From the NCBI GenBank assembly GCA_053919585.1, contig CM132785.1: DNA of 64,000 bases; one strand, written 5' to 3'. The position numbers were made by a program, and so were the translations under genes. Numbering within the stretch: the first letter of the stretch is position 1; each line of letters begins with the position of its first letter. Of the stretch, positions 1 through 11,908 are shown piece after piece. A model generated the notes under the pieces. That model was not told the origin of the DNA and did no database searches. It saw only the letters and a program-made list of their open reading frames with translations. This DNA is from Euprymna scolopes (lineage: Eukaryota).

Positions 1-1044
1 CTTGAACACTACTATCCAGCTCCGCAATTCGCACCAGTAACCATTACAGAAAATCATCTTCGTTTGCAAACGTTTCCTCCAACCCCCTAACAAAATACAA
101 CCAAGCAAAGCCAAATCGTTACAAATAATGTGAATAGAAAATCAATAGTAATGATTATAAAGTGTGGCCTTCATCTGGTTTACTTGAGACTGATCTGAGG
201 AATTTTGCCAACGCATTTTACCATTGTTTTTGTTTTATTTTTAATGCCACTTTGGTATTTTTCTATTGATTATAGCATTCACTATAATTGTGATATTGAA
301 AAATAAAAACAAAGGAAAAATGAAAGCAAGCATTTGCTCATATCAATAATCATAATAATGTGAAGTTGATGGGAATTTTGAACAGACAATGGATTTAGAT
401 TTAATAGCCTTACATGGGTAGGACTTTTGTTTTTCAGAGTTCAACTTTTAGTGTGTGTGTATGTATATATATGTTCAAAGTTACCTTGATCATTCACACT
501 ACACAATCTATTTCTGTAAGTATATAAAACACTAAAAAAAATGGTCAAATCGTGCAGCTTTTTATACTTCATAGATTAGTGAGTTAAAAGAAAAATATCA
601 ATGGGTGAAAAAATGTAAAAGCTTATTGAAAAGCATACATGCAGATACAATATTCTGTTTTGCAGGAATAAAGCTCTTTTTTCTTTTTTTTCTTTTTTTT
701 TCTTTTATAGGTTTAGAAAAGCAAAAAGCATTTCCTTATTTATTACATATACTATGCAAGTTAGGTAGATACGACAGGCCCATCTTCTCCAATCCCTAAC
801 ATTTTGTTTTTAGATTATGAACGAAACAATTAAATTATAAACTTTAAAACGACTACATTTTTTTAGGGAGGTTTCAGGTTTGGTATTTATGCAAGTTAGT
901 AAAGTAGATGGTTCTTTCAGAATTTTGAGATTTTTGGATATTCAGACTAGTGTTCTCTTCATGGTGCAACGGATATAAGTGCTGAGTATAATCAGTTTTA
1001 TGTGACAGTCTTCTGGAGGTTGAAGATTCTATCCTCGGTGCGAG

Positions 1045-1641
1045 CAATACTACGAAGTAGTCCAGCAGGTTCGAGTCAGTGGAGAAAAGGGGCCAGTGAG
1101 AGAAGGGTACAAAGTCGTAGCACTCCTTCTGAAGCCAAGCCTGGGTCTCTTTGGACTTGTGGGTCGGCGCTGAGTCCTGTTGCCACACCCAGGTTCTGCC
1201 AGCGGCCACCTGATTGTACCAGAAGATCACCACACTCTTTATACATCCAGGTATACTTCAGGGTTTACTTTATAGCCAATTTCAAAGATGTGAGGTGGCA
1301 TTATGTGGCCCTCACTTGAAATCATGCCAAAGCCCATAACTGTGACCGGAAACTTCGTTGAACTGTGCCTTCAAATGTTGAATAGTTCAGATTTGCATTT
1401 TGACAAAGGTCCTGTTGTCACAAATTGGATTGGTAGAGAGCATGAGTTGTACAGCAGTGCATCTCTGATTTCGTTTGTTGAACATTGTGTCACTTTCAGA
1501 CATGATAAAAAAAAACTCTCTCTTGGGATTTGTACACAACTCGCCAACTAGTAGATGGTCTGCAACAAAAAAGAAAACCAGTTTTTGTTAAACGGAATTT
1601 GAATGTCTTTTCGAGGGCAACAATTTTATCATTCCACCCTG
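1045..1641 (-). mobile_element. Internally deleted Tc1/mariner-superfamily relic (transposase catalytic fragment plus 5' terminus)
   Basis: ORF 874-1233(-) contains WQQDSAPTHKSKETQAWL...WPLFSTDSNLLDY, a decayed form of the QQD(S/G)AP.H...WPPxSPDLNPLDY motifs. The terminus reads CAGGGTG on the minus strand (caccctg 1635-1641) next to TA (1642-1643). Left boundary approximate. Confidence 0.75.
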
Positions 1642-1946
1642 TAGTGATATAATTAAGAGTATAACCCAATCATGTCTAAACGGGAACAAGAATAAATTAA
1701 GGATTCCTTTTGAAATTCCGTACAGATATTCAAGTGTGACCAGACACATTTGAAGAAGGTTGCAGTTTACATCGGCCTAAATGTGAGAATTGTGAAGTAA
1801 ATTCTGAAACCTGTATAGCCAATGAAAAGTGCTTAGATCGGCATGGAATGTTGAATTGAACTATCTATTTAATCCACAGGGGCACCTTGCTCTTATTCTG
1901 TTAGCCATAGTCATAAAACCCAATGGTGTCATGAATATTAATAGTA

Positions 1947-2016
1947 TTAGGTTGGTGCAAAAATGTCGTTTTTTATGTTCAACTTGGTCAAAAACGATAT
2001 TTTGTCACCAACCTAA
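1947..2016. mobile_element. 70-bp mariner-derived MITE (MADE1-like architecture)
   Basis: TA|TTAGGTTGGTGCAAAAATGTCGTTTT...AAAACGATATTTTGTCACCAACCTAA|TA: two mariner-type TIRs, a short spacer and a TA duplication. Confidence 0.85.
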
Positions 2017-2620
2017 TACAAATGATTTCTAAGTGAGTCTTCTGGCGGTCCATGGTTCAATCCTCAGTATAGGCGATACTGCGAACACAATTGTGAATTA
2101 TTCAGAACCTTTATTCTATCATTGCTGATGGAACAAGAATTTACTACCTCTGGATTATATAAAGAGCTCTGATCTAAATTCGATATAGATTCTCAAGTTT
2201 GATAAGACCTAAATTGTGATCGGATGAAAGAATTCCCTAAAAATGTACAATGCCAAATAACTTGAACGAAATCAGTTTTAAATTAAAAAAAAAAACGATT
2301 AAATTTAATTAAATGTTTAAATCTTAAAATAAATTTATGAATGTTTAAATTTAATAGATTTTCTTCGTTTCGTAAAACAATGTTGAAGATGACTATCGTT
2401 AATTTATGTCCTAATTCTAGTTTTTTTGTTTTTTTTTTTTATGGATCTGATTGTTTCGCGACACTGGATAAAATCGAAATAAAATTTCAATGGTTTTTTT
2501 AGATTCTGTAAAAAAAAAAAAGGGAAAACTACACTTATTGTAACTTATTTAAATGTTTTAATATATTCTGTTTCTATAAAACACATTGACTTTATATTGA
2601 TATACATATGTTTTAAACGT

Positions 2621-3363
2621 GGGTTATTCCAACCCAATTCATCCAGCCCCGACACACCCCCTCTTGGATTTTTTTCATATTTACACCATACAAACTTTGG
2701 GTTAAAACTAAGAGAAATCTGCAATTTCAGCCCAGTTGGATTTGAGGAACATATTTTTTTTCACAGTCAGTTTCGGCCTGGAAATCAAAAATTGCTATCT
2801 CATGACGTAGAATTTTCGACCCCCAGCGTTTTACAAAATTTGCATTTTTGTTGCAAAGAATAAAGCTCTGGAGCTAAATATTCACACAGATAAGGTTTTG
2901 AGGGCAAGGAATCCAGAAATCATGGTTAGAAAGATGGCAAATGAGAGGAAGTACCTTATTTTTACCATTTTAGGTTATGCCGCAGCACTTTTTTAGAGCT
3001 TGTTTGGGGTGATATTTTGTTGAGAAAAAAACATAACTGTGGTGCTTTGCCAGACTTCTCCTTTGGATTTTTAAAGTGACTTTGGGTTGGAAATTACAAA
3101 AATCAAATAAAACCTTTCGGCATATTTGACATTTCCAGACACTAAAGCCTCAAAATTGGCATTTTTATAAAAAGTTAAGGACTTTTTGGTGAATTTGGCA
3201 ACAATCTAATCTTAAGCTATGATCAATATCTAGAGCTGAAAAAGGACTTGGATCGACCCATTAGAGCCCATTTTCATGATAGAATGTCAAATTACATCAT
3301 ATAAAAGGATATGGACTCCTACTTCACAGTCAAAATGGACAAAAAATAGTCGAAAATAAAAGA
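2621..3363 (+). repeat. Left terminal inverted repeat (743 bp)
   Basis: Reverse complement of 7657-8397. By eye, about 14 substitutions and one 2-bp indel (~98% identity). Confidence 0.95.
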
Positions 3364-3436
3364 CTGATGCATAATCTAGTTTATCGTAAGAAAAACTGTC
3401 AAACAAATATAAAACAGACATTTGTTATAACTCCAA

Positions 3437-6097
3437 CTATCGACTTAATCTGTCAAAATAGTCCTGAGTCTTATTTTTCTCCTCCTCGGTGATGAAATAT
3501 GTTCTACCATTCACTGAAATACTTGGGGTCTGCACTCTCATAACGACCTTGCTCAGTGGAATATAGCCTCGATCCCTATTAGTTGGCCAGTGGAATTTAT
3601 GTGATGGTCCATGTGGATGCAGGAAGTTGCAAGTAAGATCTTTCTCTTCCCTGTTGTCACTCTCAGTCAATGCTAACCACCAATATCCATCAAAAATGCA
3701 AGTAATGTAGTCATTGCATTTGAGCAACTCCAGAGTTTCATCTAATGGCACAGGCATGTCCAGGAAAGAATGGTCGATAAAGATCGTTGTGTCAGCACTC
3801 AATTGCTTGCCCTGAATATTAAACTGAGAAGCTGGTTTGAAATAGTGACAGCTCCTTGTACCAGGCACAGTATCTCCCAGTTTATATCTCATTTGAAGTT
3901 TCTCTCGAACTGAAACCATGTCTTCTTTGCCGATCTTTAGAAACATGATACCAGTGATCGATGATCTGCAAAAGTCTGCAACAGCATGAAAGGTGAGTAT
4001 TTGGTCTTTTATTGGCCTTTGCAAGCTGGCACGGAGAACTTTGCGTTTGACAGCCCCACCAATTCCATCACAGGGTGATTTGCCATGGCTAGTTGCAAAA
4101 AATGCCCAAGTTGCATCAATTCCAAAATCTGATGAGTGATGGCAAAGGTTAAGAAATGCTTTGAAGTTTTTATATTGGCCAGCGCAGCCATCGCTGAAGT
4201 ACTCTACACTCTTGATCCAGGGAAATTTCTCTTTGATGTACAACATCACCATTCTTTGCAGTTCATGCACAAAACAGGTGTCATGCTCAAGGTCATCTGA
4301 AATGATGCATAATGAGATCCGTTGAAGTTTTCTATTGTTATCTTTGTAATAAATTACCACTGGATGCATGGTACACTGGTCTTTGTTCTAGTGATATCTC
4401 TGGATCTCATCTTGCACCACGTAGTGATAATTTTCCGCAAAGTCCAGGAGAAGGATACATTCGGTCTCAGTTATTTCTTCTCTTTTTTAGATACTGAGCT
4501 TGGCACTTTGCTGTGAAGGAATGGGTCGTTAGATTATCAACATTGTATACCAATATCTCTATGAAGTCATCTACATCAGCCATCTGTGTCCATAGCATTG
4601 TCCTATCCACACTCTCCCACCGATTATATGACATCTCACTGTCAATTTCCAATTCAGTAAATTTATCTCTGATATACTTCTCTAGAGCAGGGAAACCTGG
4701 GCATTTAGGACAACGGTGGACCATACATTCAAGACTATCGGTGTCGCAAACGATCAAGGCCATCAAATCTTTGTAAGTGATATTAAAATTGTGACTTTCA
4801 GTTGGTACATTAGCAGCATTCTCATCTCTGGATTCTTCAGCTTTCCTTCTGAGCTGAGTCTTGACAGTTAAAACAAAGCAGTCAACAAGCAATTTGCTGT
4901 TTTGATGGTGGGTGCAAACACAAACTGAATGAGAACCTGATGTCAAGATGGTGACACACCATTTTAGACGGAGCTCACAGAACTTTGAAAGACCTATTTT
5001 GTGTTCAGGATAGCTTTCTTTGTAAGCTACATAAAGCTCCTTAAGATTGCATAATAGGAGCTGTTTCTGGACATGAACTTTGTTACCGATGCTCACAAAA
5101 TCTTTCCCTCGAGGCATTAACCATGAAAATTCATCGTCCTCATAGAAAGCCAAGACAGAATTGATAACCTCTTTTGAGAGACCTCTCCCCTTCTTCTGTG
5201 GCAATGAAAGAATACCTCGATCCTTTTTCAGTTGCCGTGCTTCACATACTATATATTCAGAGACATTGAAATATTCAGACACCTTTTTTCGAGACCAACT
5301 TTCCGGAGCTAAAGTCATCAACTGGATCCTCTCACTGGTTTTCATTTCTTTATTCTCAAGTTTGGCCTTCATTGCATCCAACGATCATCATCCTTTGCCT
5401 TTGCCACTAAATCCATTTGACTCGTTTGGCTGCTAATAGGGCTTCCTAATTCAGGGCTAGAGATGTTAAGGACTTTGGCAGCTTCCTCTACTTGCATTTC
5501 ATAGCTTCTTTCTAATTTCTCTCTGACAATATTGATTTTTGTGCGATTCTGCATTCTACCAGTCTTTATAGGAGATATATCAAACATCATTAGACTGTCA
5601 TTCAGTTTCTCTCTCTTTTGCTCAATTTGTGACTCATTTTCAAGGTCTTGATTGTCACTTTCTTCTGTTTCACTTGGATCTTCTAACTTCTTGGCAGCTG
5701 CTTCACAGTGACGGCAAAGCTTCCAGCCAGGAACAACATGGTAGCCCTTCTGCTTTAGCATCTCAGCCATGTCTAACTTGATAGCACGATCACCCTCTAT
5801 CTTCTTTTTGTGCTTCAAAAAGATGTTGCAGCACTTTGTATATTTTTTCTCAAAGTAATGCCCCAAATGAGGTTCGTGATACCTGCAAATGTTAGCAACA
5901 GTTTCATCAGTGAGTGTGACACCAGCTCTTAATTTGAGCACAGTTCCTACATCATGCTCTAATGCAGTTATTGGTGTTGAAGATGGCTTCAGATTGTGGT
6001 GACATGCACTCTTCATTAGTAATCCAAACGAACATTGAGGAGCACTTGTCATGGATGATGTATATCCTCCCTCTCGTTTCCTTGATTCAGAAGACAT
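3437..6097 (-). pseudogene. Sola2-type DDD transposase pseudogene (~880 codons, broken)
   Basis: Three collinear ORFs (5369-6097, 4467-5381, 3437-4369) plus a bridging frame ECILLLDFAENYHYVVQDEIQRYH*NKDQCT (DFAENY at 4427-4444). Lesions: frameshifts near 5385, 4480 and 4370, and a TAG at 4388-4390 where Trp is expected. Cys/His clusters are present (VCVCTHH, CMVHRCPKCPG). Confidence 0.9.
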
Positions 6098-7656
6098 TCT
6101 TAATTTATTGCTCTGGAATAATTATTACAATCTGATAATAAAAATTATAATAATTCACAATGAGCAGAATATGCAATACTCAACTGCAACATTAAGAGAT
6201 TTACAGACAGTATAATACACAAATGATGTAACAGTAGCACATTCTTGATCAGAAACAAAGGCACTGTAATCAAAGAAATGAAATTTGCAAAAAGTAATAT
6301 TTATCTTCTTAGTTGAATACATACAGTTGAATTTCACACTTTAGAAATTCTTTTTTCATTATCAAATTTGAATGGTCAGAAGACCATTTCTAAAGTGAAA
6401 TTCAACTGTATGTATTTCAAGGTGCTACAGAACTGCTATTCTGGTGTATAAGAAATTCTATTTTAACCATTATTATGCCTTGAGGTAATAATTTAGTAAG
6501 AAACCATAAAAAAGTGACAGGAAACAAACTTGGATTATTGACAAACTTAGAAGTTCACACCAAAGAATGCATTATTAGATCAATGCAACAAGTAAATAGC
6601 CTGAAAGAGAAGAAAATTAATCATAGCAGCGATGAAATATAACTATGAGACTATCATAACTAGCCAAAGAGACACACCCATTTATCAAAAAGGGTTTCAT
6701 GTGAAAGTGTTTCTATGCTGAAGATTACCCTTTACAAATATATATCATGTTTTTGAGAGCCACAAATGTTGACTTCCCTGTTTGTCTTTGACAGTATTTA
6801 ACATCATGCTCAGGTAATAACTCTGAACAAACTGTTGAAAATGTATCACCAGAAACAGAACAAAATTGATCAATAAAAACAACATAACAGCAAGAAATCA
6901 TAGCATGAATTCTCTACTTCACAACTAAAGTAATGTCATTTTGAGTGAAACTGATCAAGAAAAGGTATATCCATTTGAATCAACATGAAACAATCAGAAC
7001 TGAAGTCAATGTAGTGTCTTTTGAGTGAAACTGAACAAGAAAAAGAACATTTAAATCAACATTTGAAAAAAGAAGCATAGGACATTATTCAGGTATCATA
7101 TCATAGAGGAATTTGCTCTGACACTCAAACTTGATTACTCAGGTGGACATGATTCTGAACAGCTTAAATGCATTGATTGAAAGGATTTGCTGATTTAATG
7201 GTTTAGAAACCATGATCCAACTGTCCAAAAATTATGAACTGCATGGCACGATTGTATGATGTGTGCCTGAAGGTATAAATAAAAAACACAATATCTTATT
7301 CCCACTGACTTTTTGGTAAACTGAGTCGACTCTACACTACCCCTAGTCACAATTCATCAACACATACAAATTAAAGAATACTGTTATCATGATCAGTGCT
7401 ATTCTACTGCACATTTTTAATTAGATCATAAAAGAGAAGGAAAGAGAGGGTCAGCATGATAATGAGCAGAATGTTATGCTTCAAATGAAAATGTGACTTC
7501 ATTCATATCTGAATGTTACCTTACATCTTTCCTCTAAATTTTAAGCTGTTGCTATCTGCAAATCAAAAGATAATGGCCAAAAGTTGTTTTTTTGAAAAAC
7601 TCAAATGTCCAAAACTTGTACATAATTAAGATTGCTGTCCATATGTGTGTCAAAAA

Positions 7657-8397
7657 TCTTTTATTTTCGACTATTTTTTGTCCATTTTGACTGTGAAGTA
7701 GGGGTCCATATCCTTTTATATGATGTAATTCGACATTCTATCATGAAAATGGGCTCTAATGGATCGATCCAAGTCCTTTTTCAGCTTTAGATATTGATCA
7801 TAGCTTAAGATTAGATTGTTGCCAAATTCACCAAAAAGTCCTTAACTTTTTATAAAAATGCCAATTTTGAGGCTTTAGTGTCTGGAAATGTCAAATATGC
7901 CGAAAGGTTTTATTTGATTTTTGTAATTTCCAACCCAAAGTCACTTTAAAAATCCAAAGGAGAAGTCTGGCAAAGCACCACAGTTATGTTTTTTTTTCAA
8001 CAAAATATTGCCCCAAACAAGCTCTAAAAAAGTGCTGCAGTACCACCTAAAATGGTAAAAATAAGGTACTTCCTCATTTGCCATCTTTCTAACCATGATT
8101 TCTGGATTCCTTGCCCTCAAAACCTTACCTGTGTGAATATTTAGCTCCAGAGCTTTATTCTTTGCAACAAAAATGCAAATTTTGTAAAACGCTGGGGGTC
8201 GAAAATTCTACGTCATGAGATAGCAATTTTTGATTTCCAGGCCGAAACCGACTGTGAAAAAAAATATGTTCCTCAAATCCAACTGGGCTGAAATTGCAGA
8301 TTTCTCTTAGTTTTAACCCAAAGTTTGTATGGTGTAAATATGAAAAAAATCCAAGAGGGGGTGTGTCGGGGCTGGATGAATTGGGCTGGAATAACCC
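7657..8397 (-). repeat. Right terminal inverted repeat (741 bp)
   Basis: Partner of 2621-3363. It explains the near-identical spurious ORFs 2597-2863(+) and 8155-8433(-). Confidence 0.95.
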
Positions 8398-9848
8398 ACG
8401 TTTGATTTTAGTTAAATAACGGTCAGTCATCAAGACTATTAATATTTCTTAGCGAAGCAGAGTATGTTTTATCTATAGCTTACAATAGTTCAAGCTTCAT
8501 ATTCCTGAAAACTAAATTATGTTACCACTTAAAATATGTGCCTCATGACCTGCAGATCTACATTTGAACTTCAATCTACAATGCAAGCTGAACGTTATGC
8601 CAATGAAGATGTATTTATGGCTCCACTTATTATTTGTGAATGCCATCCATTGTTTGGAGGCCGGAAGCAAACCAAAATGAAGATGAGAAAGATAGATCCC
8701 TACTCTGACCCTAAACAATAATTTTCTATTGTCAGATTTAGTTGGAAGTATCTATAATTTCTTCCTGTAACATTGTTCAGATGAGGGGTCACGCTGTCTG
8801 CGTAAAATAATTTACTGTTTACTCTTTTAGTTCAAATATTGTTTTACTTTATTTTTACTTTTACTCAAACTAAAAAATAAAACAAATTGTCTTTTTTGGA
8901 GGGGGGATCTTTGTTTTTATTAACGATGGAAAAATAGCAAAATTGAAAAATGTGTACTATTTTTAGGCATTCGTAAATGGTAAATCGACTTGTATTAAGG
9001 AATTATTATAAATTACTGCTGGCGTCTTTATTGCTTAAACCTTTGTCTGCTCTAAGAATAAAAACTAGCAATAAATTAATTTACTGTCAATGTTTTAGCG
9101 CTGTGTGCATGTATCTATGAAAATCAAATATGTGCACATGTATTCAAAGTTCTGGAATATCTTTAGTGAATATGACATTAGTAGGGGCTATGATGCCAGT
9201 GATAATCACTGTCAGTTGTGTCTACAATACTAGAATAATATTTCACTATCAAAATGCTTAAAAAGAAAGTGGTGGTGTCGAAGTCGGATGCCAAATCCTT
9301 GTCTGTATACCTCAAGAACTAAAGTATAAATCCTAGTACTGAGAAATTATGGGAAAGAGGATAGTTTGAATATGATTGGGTGCCTTTCTCTCCAATTTGC
9401 TTGGCAAATAGCGTCCCTGTTGCCATAGCTTCTGAACATTCTTTAAGACACCCATGTGTATAGATCAATAGAAAAAAAAAACCCTGCGACTGCACAAGAC
9501 TTCTGGTATCTTCAGTGAACGTGGTTGGGACACTGATGCTAATCATGACCACTGTTTTTAATTTTAGTTGTCCATTTATAAACCAATACAAAACAGATTT
9601 TTTTAAAGAAATAAACAAATTTATTTGGTTAAAAGCAAAATTTTTTGACGTCATACACTTTCTTCAGGATATTTTTTTCTTCGTCGCATGGTTTTAAAAC
9701 GAATGAAAATAGCAGTAAAAATAGTCTGCGTGTTGTCTTCAAATATCCAGGTGATATCACGGGATTACAATCTAATTCACTTAACGCACGTCATACAAAA
9801 AAAAGATGTATTTTATTTAAATCCTTGTTGTATTGCCTTTTTAAATGT

Positions 9849-10184
9849 ATACTAATATATATATATGTGTGTGCCTGTGTACAATTTTCCGACAGCCCAC
9901 ATCACTGTACCGATCATGACTAAACCTGGCATGATGATAGTCCCTCACCTAGAGATAGTGCATTACTTTTTCCAAGGTAAAGGTCATAGTCTCTGTATAT
10001 ATATTCTCCTACAGCCGACACCACTGGAACGATCATGACCAAACCTGACATGATGACCATCTCCGACTTAGAGATGGCACACACCATTTTTCAAGGTTAA
10101 GGTCGGAACTCAGTTGCACGTTCGGGTACCTGCTTTGCGGGTACCCGAGCAAAGTTCTGTGCGAAGCATGGATATCTTTGCTAG
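9849..10184 (+). mobile_element. Non-autonomous Helitron-like element with two ~119-bp internal repeats
   Basis: GATCATGAC recurs at 9912 and 10031 within two diverged units. GC-rich 3' region ends in CTAG|T (10181-10185). 5' end approximate. Confidence 0.5.
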
Positions 10185-10224
<40 letters not shown>

Positions 10225-11013
10225 CTGGCTTTCTTGAAAAGCAATGGGTATCCTTTCATAAGATGCCATTTCGGAGTCCATTTATAGAACCAAAATAACG
10301 GTATTTCAAAATGTGTATTAGTCGGAGACTGAAGTGTCTTCTAATTATTACTGTCTTATGTATATTATGAAACACTTATGTCTAGGTTTTCAATATACTG
10401 TGAAAATCTAGAATGAACGGATACAGTTTCATCTATTATTAAATCAACCTTTTGAGCAAGTAGTCCTTAAAACCAACCACATTTACGTATAGTACAAATG
10501 AATGCTCTAACTATCCTACAAATTCAAGTCTTTGAAACTTATTTTGCGCAAATATAATACCGGTTTTCGAAATAAAATGAAAAATAAAACAATTAGATAC
10601 TAATAATAAAATAGAACATGTAAACTGTATTACGTTTATGAATATTTGATATGAAAATTGATTTGTATTTCGACCTGTGACGTAGTGGATAAAATACTTG
10701 GTAAAATTCAGTTGCAAGTTAGACGCTTTTGGATTTTCAAGGTTCAGTAGACACTCAAAATACAATTGCAAATTAAGAACTTTTACCCAGTCGTGTCTGA
10801 CGGAGCAACAGCATGTTACCGGCGTGGATTAAAAAGGGGTTCCATTCGAATTTCCGTGCAGCAGATTTCAGTTTGATAAGGTACATCGATCAAAACTTTG
10901 TTAAAATCACATTAAAGATATAGTGCGAAGAATTCAAATGATACTAAAATTGTAGTCCTCCAAGGATGAGAAGATACTTGTTTGGTGCAGTTTAACAATA
11001 TAAAAAAAATGTT

Positions 11014-11058
<45 letters not shown>

Positions 11059-11493
11059 CAGATCTCACACTGTCAATTTGAACTTTATTTTCATTTCATT
11101 TACTGTCGAAAGGAAACCTAATTCTTTGGCCGATTAGAAAGAGAAAGAAAACGCATAAAGTTGTTGAATCGTGAAGGCAAATAGGAGGTGATGTGTTTGT
11201 GACCAAACGAGGGTCTAAATGCATTAAAGATGTGTCTGGAGTAAACGAGAGCCACTTGTCTGTCTGAGGTTAATGTCTTTCCTTTTATGTCATCTTGGAT
11301 TTCCTGCTTCAGTACATTTAGCTAAAGGCAACTCTTTCTCTCTGCGCTATAAATGCTGAAACAATCATTTCATTGTTGGAAGGTGAATAGAATGTAAGTG
11401 GAGAAACCACATTCATCAAAACTTGCATGTCTTCGCGACCCATTTGTACATGCCAACCATATTCTGCTTTATAAATTATCGTTTAAGTATAGA

Positions 11494-11908
11494 CTAGCAG
11501 AAACATCGTGGAAATTCCACGGTGTTTTTCTACATCAGTCTGTATAATTTACATTGAAATGCCTGTCAGGGTCAATACTATTAAAAACTTTTTATTAAGG
11601 AAAAAATTTATTGAGGTAAATTTTAATAAGACTCTGGAAGTTGCTTGCTTGAATCTTGACTTAAACGTCCATCTTATAAAATAGCGATGACATATATATA
11701 TAAGGCGTGGCTCAGAGGGTAGAGTTGTACGTTTTGGTTTTGATTTTAGCTGCTAGCATCCAAGCCACACACACACTGGTTTTGATCTCGCTGCTATATA
11801 TTAGGTTTAATATAATCGATATAAAACTCTATAATATTTAATCTATATGAATTAAAATGATATTTAAGCATATTTTACAACCAGCCAACGCCGGGCGGCG
11901 TGATTAAT
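11494..11908. mobile_element. Two Helitron 3' ends in opposite orientation
   Basis: Left: A|CTAG followed by hairpin CGTGGAAATTCCACG (minus-strand 3' end, same type as 36256 and 41955). Right: caaccagccaacgccgggc (plus-strand 3' end, same type as 61959). Confidence 0.55.

Larger units (their letters stand above)
2621..8397 (-). mobile_element. Full-length, defective Sola2-type DNA transposon (5777 bp)
   Basis: GGG...CCC termini flanked by a 4-bp TSD, ACGT (2617-2620 and 8398-8401). TIRs are ~740 bp. The internal transposase has DFAENY / SDGCAGQYKN / HGKSPCDGIGG motifs. A 4-bp TSD, GRG termini and a DDD triad match the Sola2 group. Confidence 0.85.

Noticed and set aside
2597-2863. Near-identical ORFs 2597-2863(+) and 8155-8433(-) as duplicated genes
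   Set aside because: They are the two TIRs of the transposon; there is no protein signature.
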